DNA of 51,802 nucleotides from Gemmatimonadaceae bacterium (GTDB lineage Bacteria; Gemmatimonadota; Gemmatimonadetes; Gemmatimonadales; Gemmatimonadaceae), in the NCBI GenBank assembly GCA_036390195.1, contig DASWCI010000425.1, positions 1 to 51,802 of the forward strand. Reading direction: 5' to 3'. The position numbers were made by a program, and so were the translations under genes. Shown in pieces: positions 37,058-46,731 of this stretch (the first letter of the stretch is position 1; each line of letters begins with the position of its first letter). Below the pieces are notes generated by a model. It was not told the origin of the DNA. It was given only the letters and a program-made list of their open reading frames with translations, and ran no database searches.

Positions 37058-39015
37058 TGCGATCCAGTTGCTGATAGCTGCTCGGCACGTTCGGTTGCTG
37101 TCGTCCAGGTTTCTATAGCGATGTCGAGCTGGCGTCGTGTTTCGTCGAGCTCCTTACCAGCGTGTAGCGCCCGCTCGGTTCCTTCGCGCGTGGTATAAAG
37201 CTCCGGATCTTCGAGCAGTATCGTGAGCTCAACGATTCTCTGTTCGAGCTTGGCAACCTCCTTCTCCGATTCTTCGACGCGCTGTCGCAAATCGCGGAGC
37301 ATCGCACGGTCACTAGCTCCCTGTTCGTCACGCCGTCTGGTCGTCTTTCGCTCCTTGACTCGTCGCAGGGCTTCCCGCTCCGCAGAAGCAACCGCGGCTG
37401 CATGCTCGCGCACCCGGCTTTGCTCCTCCCATTCGGTGAATGAACCGGGGAAATCGGTCACATGACAGTCGTAAAGCACCCAGACACGTGATGTCAGCGC
37501 TTCCAGCATTGCACGGTCATGACTGACCAGTAGTATCGTCCCCTCGAATTCCTCGAGAGCGTCTTCAAGTGCTTCAACGGACTCGATATCGAGGTGATTC
37601 GTTGGCTCGTCGAGCAAAAGAAAGTTCGCGCGACTGAGAACCATGATCGCAAGCGCAATCCGGGCTCGTTCGCCGCCCGAGAGGGTATCCGCACTACGCT
37701 GGGCCTCGTCGCCGGAGAAACCGAACTTCGCAAGGTGACCCTGAATCTGACGGCGTTCCCACTGTGGCCTGAGCTCGCTTATGACCTCGTAGAGCGTTCG
37801 ATCCAACGGCACCTGCGTCATATCCTGGCGGTAATAGCTTGGCCTGACTGACCCACCCAACCTCAGCTCTCCGGTCGAGATTGGCCACTCACCCATCAGT
37901 GCGCGAATGAACGTCGATTTTCCACTGCCATTCGGACCGACGAGACCGACAACATCGCCGCGCTGAATAGTTGCCGTAAAGTTCGAGATCAGAGTTCTCC
38001 CTTCCACCCCCAGCGTCACGTCATGCGCTACCGCAACCTGGTCACCACCACGCTGGGAGGCATCGAGTCTTAACCCCATGGCAGACGCTGCTTCTGCAAC
38101 TGGAGCGCTGAGCCGTGGAAGTCTTCCCAGTTGCTTGCGCCGACCTTTTGCCTGTCTTGAGTTCTGACCAGCAAGGTTGCGTCTGATGTAGTCCTCCTGC
38201 GCGGCAATGACTCTGCGCTGTTTGTCGAAGGAGCGTTGCTGGCTAAGCCTTCGTTCTTGCCGCTGCAGGACGAAGGATTCGTAGCTTCCCGTATATGCGA
38301 CCGCGGTGCCGGCTTCGAGATGTAGCACGTGATCCACCACGTTGGAGAGAAACGCACGATCGTGACTGATCAGCAGAATTGTCCGCTGGCTACTGCGAAG
38401 GTATTCCTCCAGCCAGCGTGTTGTTTCCAGATCCAGGTGATTGGTCGGCTCGTCGAGAAGAAGGACGTCTGCAGCGCTCACGAGCTGGCTTGCGAGACCG
38501 AGCCTTCCCCGCTCCCCACCGCTTAATTGCTCGAGCGGCTGGTTGCGGGACTTCTCCGCGTCGAATCCGAGTCCTTGCAGAACCGCATCCACCCGCGGAG
38601 CAAAAGTGTAACCGCCATTACGCTCGAATCGCTCGAAGTCACGGTCGTACCGCGCGAGCATTTGTTGCGTCGCAGACTCGCCCGCCTCCGACAACATGTT
38701 TGCCTGCTCTGCCAGCGATCGCTCCAACGCCAACAGATCTGCGAACTCCCCAGCGCCGGCTTCCCACACCGTTTTGACATCGCCGAAGTCCCGGTGCTGC
38801 TCGAGGAGAGCGACTCGCAGGCCGGGTTGACGTGTGATGCTTCCTTCACTCGGCTGATGCACGCCGGTAATCAGTCGAAAGAGCGTCGTCTTGCCGCTTC
38901 CATTCCGCCCGAGGAGTCCCCAGCGATCGCCTTGCCCAACGGTGAATGTTATTCCTTCGAAGATCTTTGTTGCGCCGAATTCGATACCAGCGCCAGAGAC
39001 CGATATCTGAGTCAA
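37015..39015 (-). CDS. ABC-F family ribosome-associated ATPase (Uup/YheS/YdiF-like)
   Basis: Two ABC domains (GRNGSGKTT, LSGGE, LLDEPTNHLD, ISHDR; GPNGSGKST), no TM segments, C-terminal coiled coil. Confidence 0.93.
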   Translation of the reverse strand: MTQISVSGAGIEFGATKIFEGITFTVGQGDRWGLLGRNGSGKTTLFRLITGVHQPSEGSITRQPGLRVALLEQHRDFGDVKTVWEAGAGEFADLLALERSLAEQANMLSEAGESATQQMLARYDRDFERFERNGGYTFAPRVDAVLQGLGFDAEKSRNQPLEQLSGGERGRLGLASQLVSAADVLLLDEPTNHLDLETTRWLEEYLRSSQRTILLISHDRAFLSNVVDHVLHLEAGTAVAYTGSYESFVLQRQERRLSQQRSFDKQRRVIAAQEDYIRRNLAGQNSRQAKGRRKQLGRLPRLSAPVAEAASAMGLRLDASQRGGDQVAVAHDVTLGVEGRTLISNFTATIQRGDVVGLVGPNGSGKSTFIRALMGEWPISTGELRLGGSVRPSYYRQDMTQVPLDRTLYEVISELRPQWERRQIQGHLAKFGFSGDEAQRSADTLSGGERARIALAIMVLSRANFLLLDEPTNHLDIESVEALEDALEEFEGTILLVSHDRAMLEALTSRVWVLYDCHVTDFPGSFTEWEEQSRVREHAAAVASAEREALRRVKERKTTRRRDEQGASDRAMLRDLRQRVEESEKEVAKLEQRIVELTILLEDPELYTTREGTERALHAGKELDETRRQLDIAIETWTTATERAEQLSATGSHQNSPTKPISGSRC

Positions 39016-40109
39016 GAACGCAACACACTCGAGCAGGCTGCGAGACAGCGCTCGAGCGATTCCAGGGTGTGGTCGCCCATGTGTCCAATGCGAAAGGTCG
39101 AGCTCTTAAGCTTGCCGTAACCATTCCCTACGACAATTCCACGCTTCGCAACGGCAGCAGTGAAGCGCTCGGCCGGAAGATCCGTCGGAAGCCGAATGGC
39201 AGAAACCGTTGGCGACTGGGATCCCAGCGGAGCAATGTTGTTCAGCTTCTTTCCGGTTTCGTCACTGATCTTTATCAGCCACTCCTGGGTGCGCGCAGCC
39301 ATCGCTTTGTGCCGTGCCCATCGCGCCTCGAGCCCCTCCGTCGCAATCGATTTAAGCTGCGCTTCGAGCGCGTAAAACAGACTAAGAGCGGGCGTGCTCG
39401 GCGTCTGATTGCGGCGCGCGTATGCGTCGAGCTCGACGAGGTCGAAATAGACACCCCGGCCCTGAGTAGCGTTGGCCCGGTCGACAAAGCTCGTCGATGC
39501 AGCCCCGAAAGAGAGTCCAGGTGGAAGTGCCAAAGCTTTCTGCGAGCCAGTCAGTACATAATCGAGATTCCATTCGTCGAAGCGAAGCTCTGCTCCGCCA
39601 AGTCCGCTCACGCTATCGATCAGACATACCAGACCATGACGGTGTGCGCAGTCCGAGACGGCACGCACATCGTTGAGTGCGCCCGTCGATGTTTCAGAAT
39701 GAACCACCGTCACCCCGCTGTACTTCCGCATTGCGAGGCGCTCTTCCAGCTGGGGGATCGCGTGCACTTGTCCCCATGCGACATCGTAGCGGTCGACGTC
39801 GCGACCACACATTGACGCGATGTGAGCAAACCGCTCTGAGAACGCTCCATTCACCAGGCAAAGAATGCGGCCGGAAGGAGCACAGCGTATCGCAGCTTCC
39901 ATCATTCCCGTAGCCGATGAAGAGCTGATGTAGACCGGCCGTTCCGTCTTGAAGAGCGGGCGAAGGCCTTCCTGGAGCTGCCCGAACAGCCCTTCGAACT
40001 CCGGTCCGCGATGCGGAATCATCGGCTGAAGCATAGCCGTCATGATTTCCTCGCGAACTTCGGTAGGACCCGGTAAGAAAAAAGTGCCAAAGGTTTTTGT
40101 GGCGCTCAT
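39012..40109 (-). CDS. Class V PLP aminotransferase (serine-glyoxylate type; likely phosphoserine aminotransferase here)
   Basis: PGPTE, SSATGMMEA, NGAFSER, VHSETSTG, IDSVSG, GSQKALALPPG, FRIGHMG. Confidence 0.88.
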   Translation of the reverse strand: MSATKTFGTFFLPGPTEVREEIMTAMLQPMIPHRGPEFEGLFGQLQEGLRPLFKTERPVYISSSSATGMMEAAIRCAPSGRILCLVNGAFSERFAHIASMCGRDVDRYDVAWGQVHAIPQLEERLAMRKYSGVTVVHSETSTGALNDVRAVSDCAHRHGLVCLIDSVSGLGGAELRFDEWNLDYVLTGSQKALALPPGLSFGAASTSFVDRANATQGRGVYFDLVELDAYARRNQTPSTPALSLFYALEAQLKSIATEGLEARWARHKAMAARTQEWLIKISDETGKKLNNIAPLGSQSPTVSAIRLPTDLPAERFTAAVAKRGIVVGNGYGKLKSSTFRIGHMGDHTLESLERCLAACSSVLRS

Positions 40110-40750
40110 TTTAGTACGAGCTCTGTGAGCTGGTCGAAATTCTCAATCACGAAATCAGCACACTCGATGACAGGTGCACGGCGTGTAAAGCCGGTAAACG
40201 CGGCGAAGCTTTCGACGACCGGCTTGATCTCACAATCCGTCATTCCATCACCGACTGCCAGTATCGGACCTTGCAGCCCCATTTCGAGAACCGTGATTCG
40301 CTTTCCGTTCTGCTGGGTGAGGAGAGATCGCTCGTCGAAGCCAACATACTTGCCGTCTTCATCGAAGAACACCGATACGGCGTAGAGACTGCGCTCATCG
40401 ACACCCAGCTCTCGCGCAAGAGGAAGTATCGCCTCGCGTAGTCCTCCACTGACCATCGCCAGCTCGATGCCGTGTCTCCGAAGCTCGGCAAGTGCTTCGC
40501 GAGCTCGTGGCGCGATACGTTCGACGTATTCGCGACCCAACTGCTCGATTTCGACCGCGTTCGGCCTCACCTTCTGCATCCTCTGACCGTATACTGCCTC
40601 GATCGGCATCTCTCCTTGCATCGCCTTCTCGGTCAGCGTCGTGCTCCATGCTTGGGTTTCGGGACCACGCAGCGCTGCGAGCCAGTCAATTCCTTCGATC
40701 CCGCTCAGCGTAGAATCAACGTCGAGGACAATGGACTTGAAGCGGCTCAC
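40106..40750 (-). CDS. serB: Phosphoserine phosphatase (HAD family)
   Basis: LDVDSTL..IEGID, TEKAMQG, MVSGG, VGDGMTD; GTG start overlaps upstream TGA. Confidence 0.88.
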   Translation of the reverse strand: MSRFKSIVLDVDSTLSGIEGIDWLAALRGPETQAWSTTLTEKAMQGEMPIEAVYGQRMQKVRPNAVEIEQLGREYVERIAPRAREALAELRRHGIELAMVSGGLREAILPLARELGVDERSLYAVSVFFDEDGKYVGFDERSLLTQQNGKRITVLEMGLQGPILAVGDGMTDCEIKPVVESFAAFTGFTRRAPVIECADFVIENFDQLTELVLK

Positions 40751-42114
40751 AGAATATTGCCGGGTGCAAGAATTCCAAGCGGATCCAGTTCCTTTTTCAC
40801 GGCGGTCATCATCGCGATCTGAAGCGGATTCATCTGGAGCGGAAGCCATTTGCGCTTGATCTTTCCGATTCCGTGCTCCGCTGCCACCGTGCCGCCGAGT
40901 GCAATGACTTGCTTCAATGTCTCCTCAATGACTTCTTCTATGGTACTGAGCTCCTGTGTATCGCGAGCGATGAAATTCTGATGCGGATGTCCGTTACCGG
41001 CATGACCGTAAATCACGGCTTGATCGATTCCACGTTCCGCTGCGAGAGCGCGCGCGATTCTAATCGCTTCAGCCAGCTTGGCGTAAGGTACCGCCCAGTC
41101 GGTTGAGACTTTCCTTCCGCCTGCTTCACGATACCTGCCTCCGCGCTCATTCATCGTTGACGGAACGCTGTGACGAAGCTTGCGTGCTTCTCTCAACCTC
41201 GCTTCGCCATCGAACACGAGCGGTTCAAAATCTGAGGCAACGGACTCAATTACATCCCCCCATTTGCCAAGTGTCGAATCAAGATCGTCCTGTATTTCTT
41301 GTTCCACGTATACCATTGCAACCGCCCCATCAGGCATGATTCCACCCGAAGCAGCGGCCCGTGCAATGTTGATGGCCTGATCGTCGAAGTACTCGATGCA
41401 TCGCGGTTCGAGGATCCGTGACTCTCGAGTTTCCGCCACGAAACTCAGTGCACCCGCCTCAGTCTGAAAAAAAATCGCCAGGCCCACAACGTGAGCTGGA
41501 AGAGGCAATAGAGCGAGCTCTGCTTCCACGATTATACCGAGCGTTCCTTCACTGCCGATAAACCAGTCGATGGGGTCGTGGGCAAATGCGTATCCAACGG
41601 TGTTCTTCTCGAGGTTTGTTCTCCGAAACTCCGCTAGTTCGCCATTGGCAAGCACCACCTTGAGTCGCTGTACGTGCTTTCGCGTCGCACCGTACTTGAA
41701 TGTGCGCGCTCCTGATGCATTGCAGGCGATTGCTCCGCCAATCGTAGACTCCTCTTCGCTGGTTGGGTCCGGCGCGAAGAGTAGTCCAGACACAGCTGCC
41801 ATTTTTTTTATGTCGCCGACCAGGGCACCGGCTCCGACGGTGACTGTTCTTGCCCTTTCATCGATCGCAGAAATACGATCGAGTGGGCGAAGAGAAAGAA
41901 GTATTCCCCTGTCCGTTATGGACGCTGCCGTTGTGCTGGTTTGTGCGCCCGCGCAGGTAATTGGCATCCGGTCGGCCGCAGCCAGCTGCAACAACTCGAT
42001 GACTTCAGCAACTGACCCCGGTCGAGCTACCAGCTCGGGAACGAGATGAAGGCCGGACGCATCTGTTTCATAGGCTTCGCGTACGGCCCTGTCGCTGCTT
42101 AGGCTGACAGTCAC
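40747..42114 (-). CDS. FAD-linked oxidase (GlcD / D-lactate / D-2-hydroxyglutarate dehydrogenase family)
   Basis: FAPDPTS, STIGGAIACNASG, KYG, FIGSEGTLGII, GGTVAAEHGIG, LDPLGILAPG. Confidence 0.9.
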   Translation of the reverse strand: MTVSLSSDRAVREAYETDASGLHLVPELVARPGSVAEVIELLQLAAADRMPITCAGAQTSTTAASITDRGILLSLRPLDRISAIDERARTVTVGAGALVGDIKKMAAVSGLLFAPDPTSEEESTIGGAIACNASGARTFKYGATRKHVQRLKVVLANGELAEFRRTNLEKNTVGYAFAHDPIDWFIGSEGTLGIIVEAELALLPLPAHVVGLAIFFQTEAGALSFVAETRESRILEPRCIEYFDDQAINIARAAASGGIMPDGAVAMVYVEQEIQDDLDSTLGKWGDVIESVASDFEPLVFDGEARLREARKLRHSVPSTMNERGGRYREAGGRKVSTDWAVPYAKLAEAIRIARALAAERGIDQAVIYGHAGNGHPHQNFIARDTQELSTIEEVIEETLKQVIALGGTVAAEHGIGKIKRKWLPLQMNPLQIAMMTAVKKELDPLGILAPGNIL

Positions 42115-43718
42115 CCTGGATGAAAGCAGACAACTGCGGCAGACGATACATCGGGAAGACGAAGCAGCGACTGACGAACGTTTTCGCTTATGTCTCCATC
42201 TACCGAAACTGCGGCCAGTGCCTGGCCTCCCTGGGCCAGCCGTGCCTGATGATATTCCGCGATGTTGACGCCGGCTTCGCCCAGGAGAGTTCCCACACGA
42301 CCGATCACACCCGGGACATCATTGTTGGTAAGAATCAGCAGGGTATCACGCGGCTGGACATCGACGTGAAACGCACCGATTCGTGAAAGACGCGGGGCCG
42401 CTCCCGGCTGTGCAGTTCCGGCAATCGCGATCTCCTGCATTCCACCGCTCAGTCTCACTTCGACAGCATATGGGTTATCCTGCGCCGCTGTCTCCGTGGT
42501 CGACAGATCTATTCCTCGAGCCTCTGCACTCGCGCGGGCGTTGATCAGATTGAGCCGTTCCTGCTCCACGGTGCCTTCAAGCAGGCCCCGTGCGGCCGAT
42601 GCAAGGATCGCGCTTCTGGCGGCAGTCAGCGCGGCACCGGAGCGTACATCGACTCGTTGAACCACGCGCGTGCCTTGCGTCGCCAGGATCGCTCTCCCCA
42701 CCGCTGCTGCGCGACGGGCCAGCGTCAGTGCCGGCTCGACCTCGGTCCACTGCCCTCCGACGTCAGCAACATTTATCGAACGTGAAAGTTCCCCACTCAG
42801 CAACGCATCACGCACTGCCATACAAACGTCTACGGCAACGTTACGTTGCGCTTCCGCCGTTGAGGCGCCGATGTGCGGCGTCAGGAGAACGTTCGGAAGC
42901 GTGCGCAAAGGATGGTCAGCTGCCAGAGGCTCCTTTTCATAGGCATCGACGACAGCTCCCAGGAGATGCTTGCTGGCTAGTGCCTCCAATAACGCTTTTT
43001 CGTCAACGATACCGCCCCGAGCCATGTTCACCACGATCGACTGGCGCGGAAGCCGCGCAATCTCCCGCTTACCGATCATGCCCGTGGTCTCGTCAGTGAG
43101 CGGCGTGTGAAGCGTCAGAATACTGGACTGTTCGAGAAGGGTCTCGAGAGAATCTGTCTCGTGAACGCGCAGTGCTTCGAAGCGTGATTGAGCGATGTAC
43201 GGATCGTATGCGATTACGTTCATTCCGAACGCCCGAGCGCGCGTCGCCACTTCTCCACCAATCCGTCCAAGCCCGACGATTCCGAGAGTCCTCCCCTTAA
43301 GCTCGGAGCCCAGTAAGGCCGATCGCTCCCACTTGCCTGCGTGCATCGAGCTATCCGCGCGCGGGATGTGTCGGAGCAGGGAAATCACCGCCCCGAAAAA
43401 CAACTCCACGACTGCTATGGTGTTGCCAGCTGGGGCATTAATGACGGCAACGCCGAGAGACGTCGCCGTGTCGATGGCGATGTTGTCAACTCCGACGCCA
43501 GCTCGCCCGACGACTTTCAGTTTTCGGCCTTTCTCCAACACGTCCACAGAAATTCGTGTTGCGCTTCGACCAACAATCGCATCGTATTCGGCGATCCGAG
43601 AGAGGAGCTCGTCCCTTTGCAACGTCGGAACTTCATCCACGATGATCTGAGGCTCGGCCGAAAGGAGCGCTACACCTTCGGCGTCGATCTCATCGGTGAC
43701 GAGAACGCGGTAAGTCAC
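42111..43718 (-). CDS. serA: D-3-phosphoglycerate dehydrogenase, long form with ACT domain
   Basis: GRAGVGVDNI, NAPAGN, GIVGLGRIG, LHTPLT, NMARGG, TPHIGASTAEAQ, ACT DVPGVIGRVGTLLGEAGVNIA. Confidence 0.96.
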   Translation of the reverse strand: MTYRVLVTDEIDAEGVALLSAEPQIIVDEVPTLQRDELLSRIAEYDAIVGRSATRISVDVLEKGRKLKVVGRAGVGVDNIAIDTATSLGVAVINAPAGNTIAVVELFFGAVISLLRHIPRADSSMHAGKWERSALLGSELKGRTLGIVGLGRIGGEVATRARAFGMNVIAYDPYIAQSRFEALRVHETDSLETLLEQSSILTLHTPLTDETTGMIGKREIARLPRQSIVVNMARGGIVDEKALLEALASKHLLGAVVDAYEKEPLAADHPLRTLPNVLLTPHIGASTAEAQRNVAVDVCMAVRDALLSGELSRSINVADVGGQWTEVEPALTLARRAAAVGRAILATQGTRVVQRVDVRSGAALTAARSAILASAARGLLEGTVEQERLNLINARASAEARGIDLSTTETAAQDNPYAVEVRLSGGMQEIAIAGTAQPGAAPRLSRIGAFHVDVQPRDTLLILTNNDVPGVIGRVGTLLGEAGVNIAEYHQARLAQGGQALAAVSVDGDISENVRQSLLRLPDVSSAAVVCFHPG

Positions 43719-43812
43719 TGTTGGTAGGGCAAGCTCGAGCTAAATGCTGAGGGCGGGCGGAACGAACGTGCAATATCGCCCGAACTGCCTCGCAGCCACA
43801 AGCGAGTGTTCT

Positions 43813-44160
43813 TCACGGCTGCATCCACGCTTTCCATGTTTCTTCGTCCGCGCCGATGACAAGCCGGTTAGCGTTCCGAACCAGCGGAAGTCGAAGCAAC
43901 AGCGGCTCCTCGGAAAGCTTCTCGAGCCAGCGGTTGTCCGAAAGTTGCGCATAGCGAAGATCCAGCTCATTGAAACGTTTCGAGCCTCGATCAATCAGCG
44001 CCGACACACCAAATTTCTGCGCGAACCGGCGAAGCTCGCCAAGTGATGCAGGACGCTCCATGAGATCGACGAAGTGAGTCTTTACCCGTCGCTCCGAGAA
44101 GAAGCGAAGGGCCTTCCGTGTACCCGGACTTTTTTTGACGCCGAAGATCTGTACTTCCAA
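43813..44160 (-). CDS. ArsC/Spx/MgsR-family thioredoxin-like protein
   Basis: VQIFG...TRKALRFF, FVDL.ERP.S.GEL, PLLLRLPLV, VIG; TTG start. Confidence 0.8.
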   Translation of the reverse strand: MEVQIFGVKKSPGTRKALRFFSERRVKTHFVDLMERPASLGELRRFAQKFGVSALIDRGSKRFNELDLRYAQLSDNRWLEKLSEEPLLLRLPLVRNANRLVIGADEETWKAWMQP

Positions 44161-44214
44161 CCTGGTCGTCCGCCTTTCCGCAAAGAGTGAAGCCGGCTCC
44201 AATACCTTCCGTCG

Positions 44215-45237
44215 ATGTCACCTGAGGTAATCTATTCCCCTGCCTGGTGGATCCCTGGCGGTCATTTGCAGACGCTTTGGGGAAAGTTATTTCGGCGACA
44301 GCGCCCTGCACCGACTGTTCTCGAGCGCTGGGACACACCTGACGGAGACTTCGTCGAGTTACATCGCCTGTCGGCTAAGGTTGGAGCGCCACGAGTTCTT
44401 ATACTGCACGGCCTCGAGGGTACGGTTCGCTCTCACTACGCTCAGGGGTTCCTCAACGAAGCCGCCAGACGAGGATGGGGAGCTGACCTCCTCATATTTC
44501 GCTCGTGCGGAACTGAGCTGAACCGCACTCGCCGATTTTACCATTCTGGCGAAACGACGGACACCGCGTTCGTACTCCAACGGATTGCACGGGAGTACGA
44601 CACGTCGCTCCTTGGAATCGTTGGCGTTTCGCTCGGCGGCAACGTGCTGCTCAAGTTCCTGGGCGAGCGGGGCGTCGATTTACCACCTCAGCTTGCGGCG
44701 GCGGCTGCAATTTCAGTCCCCTTTGATCTCGCTCGTTCCTCGATAAGAATCAACCGTGGATTTTCACGATTCTACCAGAGGTTCTTTCTGAGCTCCTTGA
44801 GACAGAAGGCAGAAGCGAAGGCCCGCCGATTCCCAGATATCGCTCCAGCTGTTAAAATCTCCGGCCTCAGAACGCTCGAGGATTTCGATGATCTGATCAC
44901 CGGTCCTCTGCACGGGTTTCAGAATGCGCAGGACTACTATCGACGCTCGAGCTCTCTCCCATTTCTCAAAGACATTAGGCTCGAAACGCTACTATTGAGC
45001 GCCACCGATGATCCCATGCTTCCGCCCGACGTTCTCGATGAAGTTCGAGACGTTGCTGGACGGAATCCGTATCTTCACCTGGAATTCTTAGCACGCGGCG
45101 GCCATGCTGGCTTCATTGCTGGCTCTTGGCCGTGGAGTCCCTTTTATTATGCGGAATATCGTGTTGGCGAATTCTTCGCCGCGCAGTTCAAACGTGCTAT
45201 CACGTCTCGCCAACTAGCCAAACACGGGAGTCGGTAG
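44215..45237 (+). CDS. yheT: YheT-family alpha/beta hydrolase
   Basis: GHLQT, DGDFVEL, LHGLEG, FYHSGET, GVSLGGN, DYYRRSSS, DDP, GGHAGF. Confidence 0.9.
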   Translation: MSPEVIYSPAWWIPGGHLQTLWGKLFRRQRPAPTVLERWDTPDGDFVELHRLSAKVGAPRVLILHGLEGTVRSHYAQGFLNEAARRGWGADLLIFRSCGTELNRTRRFYHSGETTDTAFVLQRIAREYDTSLLGIVGVSLGGNVLLKFLGERGVDLPPQLAAAAAISVPFDLARSSIRINRGFSRFYQRFFLSSLRQKAEAKARRFPDIAPAVKISGLRTLEDFDDLITGPLHGFQNAQDYYRRSSSLPFLKDIRLETLLLSATDDPMLPPDVLDEVRDVAGRNPYLHLEFLARGGHAGFIAGSWPWSPFYYAEYRVGEFFAAQFKRAITSRQLAKHGSR

Positions 45238-45239
45238 AT

Positions 45240-46148
45240 ATGCGTCTTCAACCGGCAGTATTCAGACTCGGGGTGATCCTCTCACTCGGTGGCATGGCGT
45301 GCACCAGTAACAAAGTGGTTCCAGCAACCGATACGCACACGGACCATGGCGCGCCGTCTTCGTCGCCTGGAGTAGTAACTGCATCCGACAATCGAGGACT
45401 GCCGCCGGATGCATCGGGCGCGCTCACACGCTTGAGTGCTTCACCTCGACATTCAGAGTGGGCGATTATACGTACCGGTGATGGGGATAGTCTACGCGTC
45501 TGGGTAGTGTATCCCGAACGAAGCTCCAAGGCTCCAGTAGTTGTAGTCGTACACGAGATTTTCGGACTGTCATCGTGGATCCGTGGCGTTGCTGATCAGC
45601 TCGCCGCCGACGGTTTCATTGCAATCGCGCCAGATCTGTTGACGATGAAAAATCTTCCCGACGGTCCCGACAGCGTCGTTGCACCTCTAGCTCAAACCGC
45701 CATCAGAACTCTCGACCCCACTTGGGTTCAAAAGCAACTTGACGCGGTTGCACGGTACGGAATGTCTATCCCCGCAGCACGGAAGAAATACGGAATAGTC
45801 GGTTTTTGTTGGGGTGGGGGAGTGTCCTTCGCACACGCGGTACACTCGCCGAGCCTTGGCGCATCAGTCGTTTACTATGGCGTGTCTCCGAAGACGACTG
45901 ATCTTCCTTCCGTTCGCGCGCCAGTGCTGGGCCTCTACGGCGGGAACGACGCTCGCGTAGACGCTACGATTCCACCAGCGGATTCCGCCCTTCGAGCTCT
46001 GGGGCGTATCTACGTGCCCACCATTTACACCGGTGCAGGCCACGGATTTCTACGCCAGCAGACTGGAATGGACAGCGCCAACATGGCGGCTACTCGGCAG
46101 GCATGGCCAGCTACAATTGCCTGGTTCAGGAAGTATCTGGGATCTTGA
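45240..46148 (+). CDS. Dienelactone hydrolase-family exported protein
   Basis: Lipobox-like GGMAC, VHEIFGL, IAPDL, GFCWGG, YYG, YGGND, GAGHGF. Confidence 0.9.
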   Translation: MRLQPAVFRLGVILSLGGMACTSNKVVPATDTHTDHGAPSSSPGVVTASDNRGLPPDASGALTRLSASPRHSEWAIIRTGDGDSLRVWVVYPERSSKAPVVVVVHEIFGLSSWIRGVADQLAADGFIAIAPDLLTMKNLPDGPDSVVAPLAQTAIRTLDPTWVQKQLDAVARYGMSIPAARKKYGIVGFCWGGGVSFAHAVHSPSLGASVVYYGVSPKTTDLPSVRAPVLGLYGGNDARVDATIPPADSALRALGRIYVPTIYTGAGHGFLRQQTGMDSANMAATRQAWPATIAWFRKYLGS

Positions 46149-46194
46149 GCGACGCTCAAGTCAGCATCGCTCCGCGAACGCGCGATCAAAGCCC

Positions 46195-46731
46195 GTGACA
46201 ACTCTTCCCGTAATCTTCCTCGCCGCCTTCATCGCTGGTCTGATGTTGGCGGTGTTCGCAATGCTTCACGGTGTCGAGCACACGCGGCCAAATCGCACTC
46301 GTGCGCCGTCACCGTTTTTCAATCTTCCCGCCATAGCGGCTTTCGCCATCGGCTTTGGTGCGGTCGGGTACCCGCTTGCATCACGCACGCGACTCCCAGT
46401 ATGGATCATACTGGCCATCGCGATAGCATCCGGCGCCCTTGCAATCAGCGGAATGATCACTCTTCTTGCGCGGTGGGCGCTCCGTGGTGTGGTCACATCT
46501 TCAGCGGACGAGCAGCAGGAGATCCAGGGGCAGCTCGCGGTCGTCACACAGACGATTGCTCCTCACACAACGGGAGAAATCTCTTATGAGCATCTTGGCG
46601 CTAAGGTCAAATTTCCCGCACGGGCCTTGAGCGCAAAGCCGTTAGTCGCAGGTGCGGAAGTCGTAATCGACCGAATCGAAGAAGGTGTAGCGTTTGTGGA
46701 AGAGTGGTCAGTCGTCGAACAGCGCCTCTAA
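46195..46731 (+). CDS. NfeD-like membrane protein (three TM helices plus OB fold)
   Basis: Hydrophobic N-terminal helices, G..AVV...I.P...GEI, G.EVVI.RIEEGVAFVE. Confidence 0.75.
   Translation: MTTLPVIFLAAFIAGLMLAVFAMLHGVEHTRPNRTRAPSPFFNLPAIAAFAIGFGAVGYPLASRTRLPVWIILAIAIASGALAISGMITLLARWALRGVVTSSADEQQEIQGQLAVVTQTIAPHTTGEISYEHLGAKVKFPARALSAKPLVAGAEVVIDRIEEGVAFVEEWSVVEQRL

Noticed and set aside
40747-42114. Calling the FAD oxidase glcD of glycolate oxidase
   Set aside because: glcE and glcF are absent and the context is serine biosynthesis
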